Shown here: positions 1 to 8,737 of the stretch, one piece after another
Position numbering within the stretch: the stretch's first letter is position 1
Layout of the letters: each line of letters starts with the position of its first letter
IMG/VR virus record: IMGVR_UViG_3300032332_002014
Coordinates: 1-44,442 of that record
Origin: a virus
Taxonomy: Duplodnaviria; Caudoviricetes
Reading direction: 5' to 3' (one strand)
DNA: 44,442 bases
The notes under the pieces: generated by a model
Database searches by the model: none
The model's input: the letters and a program-made list of their open reading frames with translations, nothing else
What the model was told of the DNA's origin: nothing
Made by a program: the position numbers and the translations under genes

Positions 1-9
1 CATATGTAT

Positions 10-15
10 TATTTA
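10..15 (-). promoter_or_regulatory. T4-like late promoter core (TAAATA) ahead of an ATG at 3..1; the gene runs off the window
   Basis: The minus strand reads ...cttaaataatacatATG. The box and spacing match those at other late genes here. Confidence 0.5.
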
Positions 16-85
16 AGCTAGAACAGTGAGAAATCTAAGAGTATTTGGCGAAGGGCCCAACCTCTCTATATATGCACTTATTCAG

Positions 86-562
86 TTACTTTGAATAGTC
101 AACTGATCCGCCTGAAAAAAGTTTCAGATTTTTTTGAGACAAGAGAAGTTTATGAAGAGAATGTCTATTGGCAAAATTATTAAACTTTTGTCCGCCTATA
201 CGATTTTTTTCTATTGCCCTTACACAACCCATCTCTGTATCTGGTGAATCAAACGAAGAACACTTAATCCAAGGTATGGGCAGAACATTAAGAATTTTTT
301 GTAAATTTTTATCCGTAAAGTAAACATCTTTTGGTAGAGGGTAAACAATGAGCACTTTAAGGTATTTAGAATTGCATTTTTTATAACCTGAACAAAATTT
401 CTCTAAGCTATAATGATAAAAGAACTTTTGTACATCTTTAGAGTTTTTGTTAAAGGATAAGTTGTATTTACGAGTAATTGTATACGTTTCTTTTAGAGCT
501 TCTAAAAAGAAGGGATAATAATCTATAGCACAGACCCTAGAGTTAGGATATTCTTTATACAT
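86..562 (-). CDS. hypothetical protein (possible degenerate PIN/FEN-like domain)
   Basis: 158-aa ORF whose start overlaps the upstream gene's stop by 1 nt. Weak by-eye resemblance only (VCAID...ILNVLPIPWIK). Confidence 0.6.
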   Translation of the reverse strand: MYKEYPNSRVCAIDYYPFFLEALKETYTITRKYNLSFNKNSKDVQKFFYHYSLEKFCSGYKKCNSKYLKVLIVYPLPKDVYFTDKNLQKILNVLPIPWIKCSSFDSPDTEMGCVRAIEKNRIGGQKFNNFANRHSLHKLLLSQKNLKLFSGGSVDYSK

Positions 563-1176
563 TATTGCAGTAGTTTTTGTACTTGTTCAACAGACAGACC
601 TTCTTTAAGAGCCTCGTCTGTTAACTCGTGTAATTCTGCAAAAATATTATTAAATTTTTCTTCGAACTGCAATAACTTTTTATGATTATCTTTATTGTAG
701 TTAAGGGCATTAATGTTTTCTAAGACCGCAGTCTGATTTATGAGATCTAACTTTGAACCTAGATATTTCTTAACTTTCAAAACTGTTTTAGTTTCTGGAG
801 AGTAAGCTTGTAATTCTTGTTCCGTTATAGGTTCTTTAATTTTATCTCCTTTTTCGTTTATAATTCCAAGTTTATAAGCTTCAAAATCTTTATATTCCTT
901 ATTAAGCATTGAGAGGAGAAATTTGTTTTTAAAAGACTCGTTAAACATTTTATTATAATCGATGCCGTGAAGATGAATTTCACCGAAAGGGTTTAATCTA
1001 CAGCCTTTTCCGTATGATGTGGACCCGCAATATGAACATCTTTTAGGGTCTTCAGGATGAAAGTGAACACCTTTTGGTGCAAATCTACAACCCTTACCAT
1101 AGGATGTTGAGTTACAATACATACATCTCGAAACCGGCTTAAAAATAGAAACTTTCTTTTCGTCAATTAATTCCAT
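562..1176 (-). CDS. protein with tandem Cys/His zinc-finger-like repeats fused to a conserved T4-like phage domain
   Basis: Two copies of RCxYCxSTSYGKGCRxxP(x)G(x)xHxH at aa 17-70. The C-terminal AYKLGIINEKG motif is typical of a conserved hypothetical protein of T4-like phages. Confidence 0.7.
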   Translation of the reverse strand: MELIDEKKVSIFKPVSRCMYCNSTSYGKGCRFAPKGVHFHPEDPKRCSYCGSTSYGKGCRLNPFGEIHLHGIDYNKMFNESFKNKFLLSMLNKEYKDFEAYKLGIINEKGDKIKEPITEQELQAYSPETKTVLKVKKYLGSKLDLINQTAVLENINALNYNKDNHKKLLQFEEKFNNIFAELHELTDEALKEGLSVEQVQKLLQ

Positions 1177-1595
1177 TATGTATTATTTAAGAGGCTCTTA
1201 GGAGGAGTCCCTATACGAACATTAATAATTCCGTTGTAATAATCATCTCTACGAAGAACATCCCGAGCAATTTGTTCTTTAATTTCTTCATATCCGAGCT
1301 CCCATTTTGAACCACACACTTTAAGAATACGAAATTCAAAACTTTCTTTACCGTACTTTTTAATATCTTCGTTTAGTTCATTAGAAGATGAAGTATAAGT
1401 TTTCCAATCTGATTCTTTATGGTCAATCCTATTACGGGTTTTACCTTTCAAGGGCTTACGTTTAATTTTACGCACACACTGTTTTTTACCGATATATTTT
1501 TTACCGTTAGTTTTATTGGTTATTTCGTATATAAAACCGAACATATTCTCATGCAGGTATATTCCTTCGTTTATTAGCCAATGACCGGTATCCAT
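1176..1595 (-). CDS. GIY-YIG family nuclease (short, catalytic domain only)
   Basis: GFIYEITNKTNGKKYIGKK, ESDWKTYTSSS, GKESFEFRIL and YYN motifs. Confidence 0.85.
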   Translation of the reverse strand: MDTGHWLINEGIYLHENMFGFIYEITNKTNGKKYIGKKQCVRKIKRKPLKGKTRNRIDHKESDWKTYTSSSNELNEDIKKYGKESFEFRILKVCGSKWELGYEEIKEQIARDVLRRDDYYNGIINVRIGTPPKSLLNNT

Positions 1596-1604
1596 AAAGC
1601 AGAA

Positions 1605-1829
1605 TTAGCGTTTTTTCTTTTTACGCTTCTTTCTGCCTTTAATTAATCCTCTGCGAGTAACTATACCACCGTACAGACTTTTAGGTACGCGAGCATCTCC
1701 CGGTGCATAGGTGTCTCCAGAAAATTGAGTAGCTGTTGCTTGAACACCTGGACCAAAAGCTGAGCCAGCTCCACCAGCCATGTTTTCCTCTTCCAGTACC
1801 TGCTTTATTAAAGTTTCTAAATTAATCAT
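1605..1829 (-). CDS. small basic protein, candidate internal head/DNA-binding protein
   Basis: 74 aa with an N-terminal LIKQVLEEE, a Gly/Ala-rich middle and a C-terminal RRGLIKGRKKRKKKKR. ATGA-coupled to the upstream ORF. Confidence 0.6.
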   Translation of the reverse strand: MINLETLIKQVLEEENMAGGAGSAFGPGVQATATQFSGDTYAPGDARVPKSLYGGIVTRRGLIKGRKKRKKKKR

Positions 1830-1969
1830 CTGTTAACCTCTATACATTTATTTACTCTAGTACCATCTTTAAGCTTGGTACCAGCTTTGCGATAACCCTT
1901 CCAACATTTTGGATCCAGTCTGCGTTTCTTTTCTTTTTGTTCTTCAATATACTGTTTGAAGGTTTGCAT
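1826..1969 (-). CDS. unannotated 47-aa protein with a capsid-targeting-like N-terminus and CWxGY...C motif
   Basis: Manual translation: MQTFKQYIEEQKEKKRRLDPKCWKGYRKAGTKLKDGTRVNKCIEVNR*. TAAATA lies 5 nt upstream, and the stop overlaps the next ATG (ATGA). Confidence 0.8.
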   Translation of the reverse strand: MQTFKQYIEEQKEKKRRLDPKCWKGYRKAGTKLKDGTRVNKCIEVNR

Positions 1970-1974
1970 ATCAT

Positions 1975-1980
1975 TATTTA
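1975..1980 (-). promoter_or_regulatory. late promoter core TAAATA
   Basis: The minus strand reads cttaaataatgatATG. It heads the minus-strand gene cluster. Confidence 0.6.
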
Positions 1981-1982
1981 AG

Positions 1983-2010
1983 TTGTTTTATCAAAAAAAT
2001 AGTTTATTAT
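1983..2010 (+). promoter_or_regulatory. sigma70-like promoter for uvsY
   Basis: TTGTTT-16-TATTAT, with an overlapping TATAAT at 2008-2013, upstream of the ATG at 2025. Confidence 0.4.
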
Positions 2011-2024
2011 AATTGGATACAGAT

Positions 2025-2462
2025 ATGGAAGAACAAAAAACAGAAAAAAATTCTGAGAATTCAATAATATCTCTCATAGAAAAATATAACGAGGATATCA
2101 AGAAGTATGTAACGGTCGATGAATTCAACATGAAACAGATTCAAATGGATCTTCCAGCAACAAGACATTATTGGGTTGGTAGACTTATGTATCATAAGCA
2201 GGAAATTTTAAAACTTAAAAAACTACGTAAAGAAGCTATACAAAAAGTTTCTGACAGGATTCAATCAGAATCTCCAGTTGGTATATCTGATAGATCGTTA
2301 AATGAGGCAGCAAGTAATCACCCTATATTATCAAAAATAGATGGTCAAATTGCTGAACACGAACTTATTGTTGAATATCTTGGTAAAATTGAAGCTAATT
2401 TTAGATCTTTAAGTTTTGATATCAAAAATCTAATATCAATAGTTCAGTTAGAGACTACTTAG
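2025..2462 (+). CDS. uvsY: UvsY recombination mediator
   Basis: About 145 aa, helical, directly upstream of uvsW, ending in SFDIKNLI as in the UvsY family. The ATG at 2025 is preferred over the TTG at 2013. Confidence 0.75.
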   Translation: MEEQKTEKNSENSIISLIEKYNEDIKKYVTVDEFNMKQIQMDLPATRHYWVGRLMYHKQEILKLKKLRKEAIQKVSDRIQSESPVGISDRSLNEAASNHPILSKIDGQIAEHELIVEYLGKIEANFRSLSFDIKNLISIVQLETT

Positions 2463-2486
2463 AGGGTGTAAGCTTGAAACAACATA

Positions 2487-3935
2487 ATGGTAAATGTAAT
2501 TTTTGATTATGATTCTTCTCGCAAAAAAGGTATAATAGTTTCTGATTATTTACCCAATATACGAGAACATTTTTCTGTTGAAGATAAACAACAAGTCTTC
2601 AAGCGTCGCTATGCTGTCGGTTATAGGCCCCAGACAAGACAATACGCTATAACACCTCAGGGCAGGTTTGAACCTAGATTAATATTTTCTATTCTAGAAT
2701 TTTTACAAAAACAGGATATACAATTTGAAACCACACTGACCTCTAAATTTGCTGAAACATTTACAATACCACCCTTAAAAGAAGAGCTAGTTAAGTTAAA
2801 TCTCAACCCTAGAGATTATCAGGAAGAAGCAGTTCGAACTGCTTTAAAATTTAAATCTGGAGTAATTGTTTTACCAACTTCAGCCGGTAAAACACTTGTA
2901 ATAGCTTTACTTATCAAATCTATACAAGCTCAATACTCTAAAGCCAAAGCTTTAATTCTTGTACCCGATATTCAGCTTGTTGCACAGACTTATTCTGATT
3001 TTATTGAGTATGGAATTGCTGAAAATGAAATTACTAAATGGACAGGATCAACTGAACCAAATAAAGATGCTAAAATAGTAATTTCAAATGCACAAATCTT
3101 ACTCTCTGAGAAACAAGACCTCACTCTATTAAAAGATATAAACTTACTTGTTATTGACGAAGTACACAAAATTCGCTATGGAAACAAAATTAATAAAGTT
3201 GTTGACAAAATTCCTGCAGCTTTTCGCTATGGACTTACAGGAACTTTGCCAGACGATAAAATCGACCAATGGAACATATTTGGGAAGATAGGTAGAGTCA
3301 TTTACTTCAAACAGTCCGCTGACCTCAGAGAACAGAAATATATTTCCCAGGTTCATGTGGCTGCCTTAAAGTTAAATTATAATAATATTCCCCAATTTAC
3401 AATTCCTTCTATGGTTAACCCAACAGCAGGATATGAAGAAGAAATAACCTGGTTACAGACAAATTCTTTTAGAAACTCTATTATTACAAAATTAGTTAAT
3501 AAAGCAAATAAAAATACTCTTATAATGGTTGATAGGATTGCACATGGAGAAGAGCTATTAAGAGTCTTACAAGCTAATACTAATAAAGAAGTTCATTTCG
3601 TTCATGGAGCTGTAGACATTGAAGAACGAGAAATGATTCGCAAGCTTATGGAAGAACAAGACAACGTTGCTTGTATTGCTATATCAAAGATTTTTTCAAC
3701 CGGTATTAATATTAAAAACCTTCACAATATTATTTTTGCTGCTATCGGTAAAGCTCGTATTAAAATCATTCAGTCCATTGGCCGCTCTTTAAGAAAACAT
3801 TCTAGTAAAAAGTTGGCAACCATATTTGATATTTGGGATAACCTTCGTTATGGAAATAAACATATGGTTGAAAGACTAGCACTTTACGACAGAGAAGAAA
3901 TACCCTACTCTGTGACAGAATTAACAGAGCCTTGA
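2487..3935 (+). CDS. uvsW: UvsW SF2 DNA helicase
   Basis: PRDYQ, LPTSAGKT, DEVH, GLTGT, FSTGINI and QSIGRSLR motifs. Confidence 0.92.
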   Translation: MVNVIFDYDSSRKKGIIVSDYLPNIREHFSVEDKQQVFKRRYAVGYRPQTRQYAITPQGRFEPRLIFSILEFLQKQDIQFETTLTSKFAETFTIPPLKEELVKLNLNPRDYQEEAVRTALKFKSGVIVLPTSAGKTLVIALLIKSIQAQYSKAKALILVPDIQLVAQTYSDFIEYGIAENEITKWTGSTEPNKDAKIVISNAQILLSEKQDLTLLKDINLLVIDEVHKIRYGNKINKVVDKIPAAFRYGLTGTLPDDKIDQWNIFGKIGRVIYFKQSADLREQKYISQVHVAALKLNYNNIPQFTIPSMVNPTAGYEEEITWLQTNSFRNSIITKLVNKANKNTLIMVDRIAHGEELLRVLQANTNKEVHFVHGAVDIEEREMIRKLMEEQDNVACIAISKIFSTGINIKNLHNIIFAAIGKARIKIIQSIGRSLRKHSSKKLATIFDIWDNLRYGNKHMVERLALYDREEIPYSVTELTEP

Positions 3936-3959
3936 TTTTTGTTTACTTTGATATATTAT
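3932..3959 (+). promoter_or_regulatory. sigma70-like promoter for gp55
   Basis: TTGATT-16-TATTAT, followed 6 nt later by the ATG at 3966. Confidence 0.5.
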
Positions 3960-3965
3960 AACTTT

Positions 3966-4532
3966 ATGTTTCGCAGAAAAAAAATTAAAGACGAAGACTT
4001 TAAAAACGACCCTAATGCTGAAGAAGAGGATTTCGGATCTTTATGGGACGCACCTAAAGTAAAAAAGAAAAGAGTTCGTAGAACAAAAGAAGAACTTAAA
4101 CCGAACTATGTTGACCCCATAGAAATGGAGAATCTTATTATTCAGTACTATGAAAAAGGCGGTAAAGATATTCCTTCAGACTTAGCTGACATGATTCAAA
4201 AAATTGCTACGCGTCTCGGCTATGCACAAAACTTTATTAACTATTCATACAAGGAAGAAATGATCGGAGACGCTATTATTAAAATGATTACTGCTTTAAC
4301 ACGTCAGAGGTTTAAATGCAAATCAGGATATAACCCGTTCTCATATTTTACTAAAGTTGCTTATAGAGCTTTTCAAAATAGAATTAAAAAAGAAAAGAAA
4401 GAGCATGACACTATTCATCGATATCAAACCGAAGTCTATTCACTTCTTACCGAATCAGGTCAAATACCTGTTCAAAAAAATACTAAATTTGATACCGAGT
4501 ATGACGATTCTTTTCGTATTGAAAATCAGTAA
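3966..4532 (+). CDS. 55: late transcription sigma factor gp55
   Basis: NFINYSYKEEMIGDAI and NPFSYFT...AFQNRIKKEKK are gp55 signatures. The gene is adjacent to gp47. Confidence 0.88.
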   Translation: MFRRKKIKDEDFKNDPNAEEEDFGSLWDAPKVKKKRVRRTKEELKPNYVDPIEMENLIIQYYEKGGKDIPSDLADMIQKIATRLGYAQNFINYSYKEEMIGDAIIKMITALTRQRFKCKSGYNPFSYFTKVAYRAFQNRIKKEKKEHDTIHRYQTEVYSLLTESGQIPVQKNTKFDTEYDDSFRIENQ

Positions 4533-5593
4533 TGCATTTTAGTTCAAATAAAGTAGCTTGTATATCAGATATCCACCTTGGTGTTCATCAAAACTCTCAA
4601 GCTTGGCATAATATTGCTTTAGATTTTGCTCGTTGGCTGGATCAAGAGTTAAAATTAAGAGATATAAAAGACATTATTATAGCAGGAGATATCTTTCACA
4701 ATCGGCACGAAATCGGGGTTAACACTATTCATTGTGCCTATGAGTTCTTTGATATTCTAAGTAACTATAATATTGTAGCTATTACCGGTAATCACGATTG
4801 TTATTACAAAGATAAATCAGATATTAATTCTATCTCTATTCTCGATGGATATAAAAATGTCACTGTTTATAAAGAACTAATCACAGAGAATATTAACGAA
4901 AAAATATTTTGTTTTTGTCCTTGGGGTATACCTATAGAGGAGGTTACTACCTGTGATGTATTAATTGGTCATTTCGAAATTGTGAATTTTAAAATGAATA
5001 CTCATAAAGTGTGTGATCACGGTTTAGAGAGTAGTTCATTGCTTGATAAAACTAAGCTCGTTATTACAGGTCACTTTCATCTTCGCGAACATAGAAAGTA
5101 CCCGAAAGGTAAATCTATTTTATATCTAGGATCACCTTATGAGTTAGACTTTGGTGACAGGGATCAAGTGAAGGGTTTCACTATTCTTAATACTGATGAT
5201 CTAAGTGTTGAGTTAATAGAAAATAATGTAACCCCTAAACATAAAAAAATTAAGATTTCTGATCTTATTGACGGTAAAATTGCTTTAGAAAAAATTGGAG
5301 ATGAATTTACTAATAATTTTGTCAGTCTTTGCGTAGATAGAAGTGTTAATGAGCAAGTTCTTGGTGTAATGCTTTCTAAATTTAGTCAGTTTAAACCGAA
5401 ACATGTTAGAACGGATTTTAATATTTTTGAATCTGTACAATTATCAGCTACTGAACTCAATGAAGTTTCGATTGATATTGATACAGCTTTACACGAATTT
5501 GTAAATCTTTTAGATGTTAATGTACCGAAAAAAGATATACTAGATAAATGTATAGATCTATATAGAATATCACAAACAGTAAATGAGCATTAA
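4532..5593 (+). CDS. 47: recombination endonuclease subunit gp47 (Mre11/SbcD-like)
   Basis: Metallophosphoesterase motifs SDIHLG, GDIF, GNHD, GHFH and YLGSP. Confidence 0.92.
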   Translation: MHFSSNKVACISDIHLGVHQNSQAWHNIALDFARWLDQELKLRDIKDIIIAGDIFHNRHEIGVNTIHCAYEFFDILSNYNIVAITGNHDCYYKDKSDINSISILDGYKNVTVYKELITENINEKIFCFCPWGIPIEEVTTCDVLIGHFEIVNFKMNTHKVCDHGLESSSLLDKTKLVITGHFHLREHRKYPKGKSILYLGSPYELDFGDRDQVKGFTILNTDDLSVELIENNVTPKHKKIKISDLIDGKIALEKIGDEFTNNFVSLCVDRSVNEQVLGVMLSKFSQFKPKHVRTDFNIFESVQLSATELNEVSIDIDTALHEFVNLLDVNVPKKDILDKCIDLYRISQTVNEH

Positions 5594-6377
5594 AATTGGA
5601 GTAGGAATTATAACATGTGACAGACCTGATTATCTTAAAAAGCTAGTCAAGTCTCTTGACAGTATTTCTATAGATAAGCTCATTATTATTAATGACGGGG
5701 AAAAGCAATTAGATGGTGACAAAATAAAAATACATAATAATAATCCATCTAAGCAGGGTGTCGGTAAATCTAAGAATCAAGCATTAAGATACCTCAAAGA
5801 TTGTGATTATATTTTTCTTTTAGAAGATGATATTGTTATAAGAGATAAAACTGTTTTCGAAAAGTATATTGAAGCTTCAAAGTTATCTGGTATACAACAT
5901 TTTAATTTTGCTTTTCATGGTGTTGATAATTATCTACCTAATGGTCAACCAGCTGTTCGCTTAAGGTTAGATTACTCACCGACAATTTCAGTTTGTCTGT
6001 ACCCTAATGTATACGGCGCTTTTTCAATGTATACAAACAAATGTATTGAAGAAGTAGGCCCTATGGATGAGTTCTATTATAACGCTATGGAACATGTAGA
6101 TCATACGGCTAGTATTATTAAGGCAGGCATGCATCCTCCGTTTCGCTGGTTTGCAGATATTACAAATAGTAACAAATATATTGAAGAGATTGATAGAGCT
6201 CATTCAGGTTCTGAAATACGTAGAGATCAGAAGTGGATTGAGAACTTTCATAAGGCAGCAGATCATTTCGTAGAAAAATTTGGTTTTGATGTTCGTAACC
6301 CACATACTAAAACAGCTTCAAAAGAAGAAGTTGTAAATACCGTAAAACAAATAAAAAAACAATATGGACAAGAATAA
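5583..6377 (+). CDS. GT-A fold (GT2-like) glycosyltransferase
   Basis: GIITCDRPDYL, IIINDG, GVGKSKN, FLLEDD and EHVDH motifs. Confidence 0.8.
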   Translation: MSIKIGVGIITCDRPDYLKKLVKSLDSISIDKLIIINDGEKQLDGDKIKIHNNNPSKQGVGKSKNQALRYLKDCDYIFLLEDDIVIRDKTVFEKYIEASKLSGIQHFNFAFHGVDNYLPNGQPAVRLRLDYSPTISVCLYPNVYGAFSMYTNKCIEEVGPMDEFYYNAMEHVDHTASIIKAGMHPPFRWFADITNSNKYIEEIDRAHSGSEIRRDQKWIENFHKAADHFVEKFGFDVRNPHTKTASKEEVVNTVKQIKKQYGQE

Positions 6378-7140
6378 AATTGGTGTAGGTATAGTTACAT
6401 ATAATTCTGAAAGCTATTATAAAGTTTTATATGAATCTTTACCTTTTGATAAGATTCATACACTCGTTACCGTAAACGGAGGAGACAAATATAAAGATGA
6501 ATATAAAGGTAATTGGATACAGCATTCTGAAAATGTTTATCCATCTGTTTGTAGAAATGATTGTATAAACTTTCTTTTGCAAAGAAACTGTGAACATATC
6601 TTTATTATTGAAGATGATATGATATTAAAATCACCAGATATTTTTGACAAATATATCACAGCCTCAAAAGAATCAGGTCTCAAGTATTTTTCTTTTGTTT
6701 CTACATCTTGGGATTCCGGTATATCCGGTAAACGTATCCCTCGTTTAACCGTTGAGTATAGTAAAGATATTGGTATTTCTTTTTATCAAAATATGTGTAA
6801 TGAGTTTACATATCATCATAAAACTTGTTATGAAAAAGTTGGTTTATATGATACAAATTATCGAGACCCTTGGGATATAGATATGGCTTATAGAGAATCT
6901 CAGCAAGATTACTCCGCCCCTTTTTGGTGGTTTGCTGATGTTACTGGGTCAGATGATCTAATAATGAATAATCCTAATGCTGTATCCCGACTTCAGGGCG
7001 ATAGACCCGATGGTTCAAGAGAACAGCGTATTCAAAAAGAGTGGGAATATTTTATTAAAAAACACGGACGACATGTAACTCAAATACCAAATATTTCAAA
7101 AGAAGAAGTTATAGCTAAACTAAAAAAAATAAAATTATGA
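6364..7140 (+). CDS. GT-A fold (GT2-like) glycosyltransferase, paralog of the preceding gene
   Basis: GIVTYN, FIIEDD and VGLYD motifs. Shares KIGVGI, KYIxASKxSG, PFxWFAD and SKEEV with 5583..6377. Confidence 0.8.
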   Translation: MDKNKIGVGIVTYNSESYYKVLYESLPFDKIHTLVTVNGGDKYKDEYKGNWIQHSENVYPSVCRNDCINFLLQRNCEHIFIIEDDMILKSPDIFDKYITASKESGLKYFSFVSTSWDSGISGKRIPRLTVEYSKDIGISFYQNMCNEFTYHHKTCYEKVGLYDTNYRDPWDIDMAYRESQQDYSAPFWWFADVTGSDDLIMNNPNAVSRLQGDRPDGSREQRIQKEWEYFIKKHGRHVTQIPNISKEEVIAKLKKIKL

Positions 7141-7937
7141 AAATAATCATTGGAATTAATAATTTTAAAAAAGAGCAAGAGCTTAATCTCAGAGAAAAAA
7201 TGTGCATTGAGTCGCTTCATAAACTGAAACAAATATATCCAGATATTGAGCTTGTCAATCTTACTTTTGAAGATGAAAATTTTGCAGCACTAACTAACTT
7301 TACCAACATACATTGCCTTAAAAATATACCTATCAATATTACTGATAAAAAAATACCATTTGTTAACGAAATATTTGATAAACTCGCTAATATTTTTGCC
7401 GATTATTTTATTTTTATTAACAACGATATTTTAGTTTCTGATCGCTTTATTAAAAATATTTTAAAAAACCCTGAATACGACTGTTTTCCGGCAAGTAAAT
7501 TACACTTTATTAAATTAGATTCAATTGATGCTACTGATAGTATACCAGAATCTTTAAGTGTTCATGGCTTTGATGGTTTCGGCATTAAAAGTAATTGGTG
7601 GAAATTAAACTGCAATAATTTTAAACCTATGCTTTTAAGCCGGGCGTATTGGGATACTTATTTTTATAGTAAATGTCAACTCTACGGAAAATGTTTAACT
7701 CTTAACAAGCCTCCTGCGGTCATTTTTCATCTTGATCATAAAAGTACATCAATGGAAAACGACCCCGGTAATACCTTTAACGAACAGAACTTCGTACAAG
7801 ATAGCGATAATCTACCACAAAGATGGTTTCCTTATGTACAAAATATTTTGCTAAAACGCCCTGCACATCATAATATAAAATGGTACGTTCCCCTTATTAA
7901 CGAAACAGATTTAGAAAAAGAATATTTTAAAAAATGA
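7137..7937 (+). CDS. putative GT-A fold glycosyltransferase
   Basis: PFVNEIFD...FIFINNDI (DxD-like), GFDGF, YWD and FHLDH motifs, within the GT cluster. Confidence 0.55.
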   Translation: MKIIIGINNFKKEQELNLREKMCIESLHKLKQIYPDIELVNLTFEDENFAALTNFTNIHCLKNIPINITDKKIPFVNEIFDKLANIFADYFIFINNDILVSDRFIKNILKNPEYDCFPASKLHFIKLDSIDATDSIPESLSVHGFDGFGIKSNWWKLNCNNFKPMLLSRAYWDTYFYSKCQLYGKCLTLNKPPAVIFHLDHKSTSMENDPGNTFNEQNFVQDSDNLPQRWFPYVQNILLKRPAHHNIKWYVPLINETDLEKEYFKK

Positions 7938-8737
7938 ACATTACAGTCGCGCTTGCGCTTGATTATAAAAGAACAGACATAGCTCCGTTTTTAAACAGTT
8001 TTCAAAAATATTCATCAGGAGTGCTTTATTTAATTACTAATCAAATAAACATTCTTGAAAATAAAAAATATTCAAAAATAAAATTAGTTAACATTTTTGA
8101 TCTTATAAAACAGTTTAATATTAACATACATAATTTGACTGTCTTTAATCTAAAACCAGTAATTTTCTATCTTTTTTTAAAACAATACAAAACAAAAGTT
8201 GATATTAAAAAAGTAATACTAACTGACGTAGATCTTTTTTTTCAGTATGACCCTTTCGTATTACTTGATAAAATAAAAACAGAGACATTTTTAATCGCTG
8301 AAGAAGGAAAAAAGTTTTTTGAGTGTGATACTAATACAACGTGGTTTAACGCCGGGTATCACGAACAGTATGATAAAGTTAAAGATCAAAAAATTTTAAA
8401 TTGTGGTTTTACAGTAGGGTATTATGATGCAGTTCTTGACTATCAAAAACAAGTAGTAACAGAATTACAACATATTTTAGCTACCCGGCCTTATTTTGCA
8501 TATGATCAGGTTATTTTGAATGTTTTAACATATAGTACAAAAACTATAACCCCAACTATACTTCCTCACGGAAACCCCTACGTTGCACACATGCATTATC
8601 AGTCTCCTAATCTTCTTACACCGGAATATTTTACAAGTGAAATGCTCAACGAAGAAAAAAAACCGTACTGTGTTATTCACCAGTATAATGATAAAGAAAT
8701 AGCTAATAACTTTGTTCAAAAAAAATGGATATATTAA
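7934..8737 (+). CDS. putative GT-A fold glycosyltransferase
   Basis: VILTDVDLFFQYDPF, ILNCG, DQVILN and IHQY motifs. Confidence 0.7.
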   Translation: MNITVALALDYKRTDIAPFLNSFQKYSSGVLYLITNQINILENKKYSKIKLVNIFDLIKQFNINIHNLTVFNLKPVIFYLFLKQYKTKVDIKKVILTDVDLFFQYDPFVLLDKIKTETFLIAEEGKKFFECDTNTTWFNAGYHEQYDKVKDQKILNCGFTVGYYDAVLDYQKQVVTELQHILATRPYFAYDQVILNVLTYSTKTITPTILPHGNPYVAHMHYQSPNLLTPEYFTSEMLNEEKKPYCVIHQYNDKEIANNFVQKKWIY

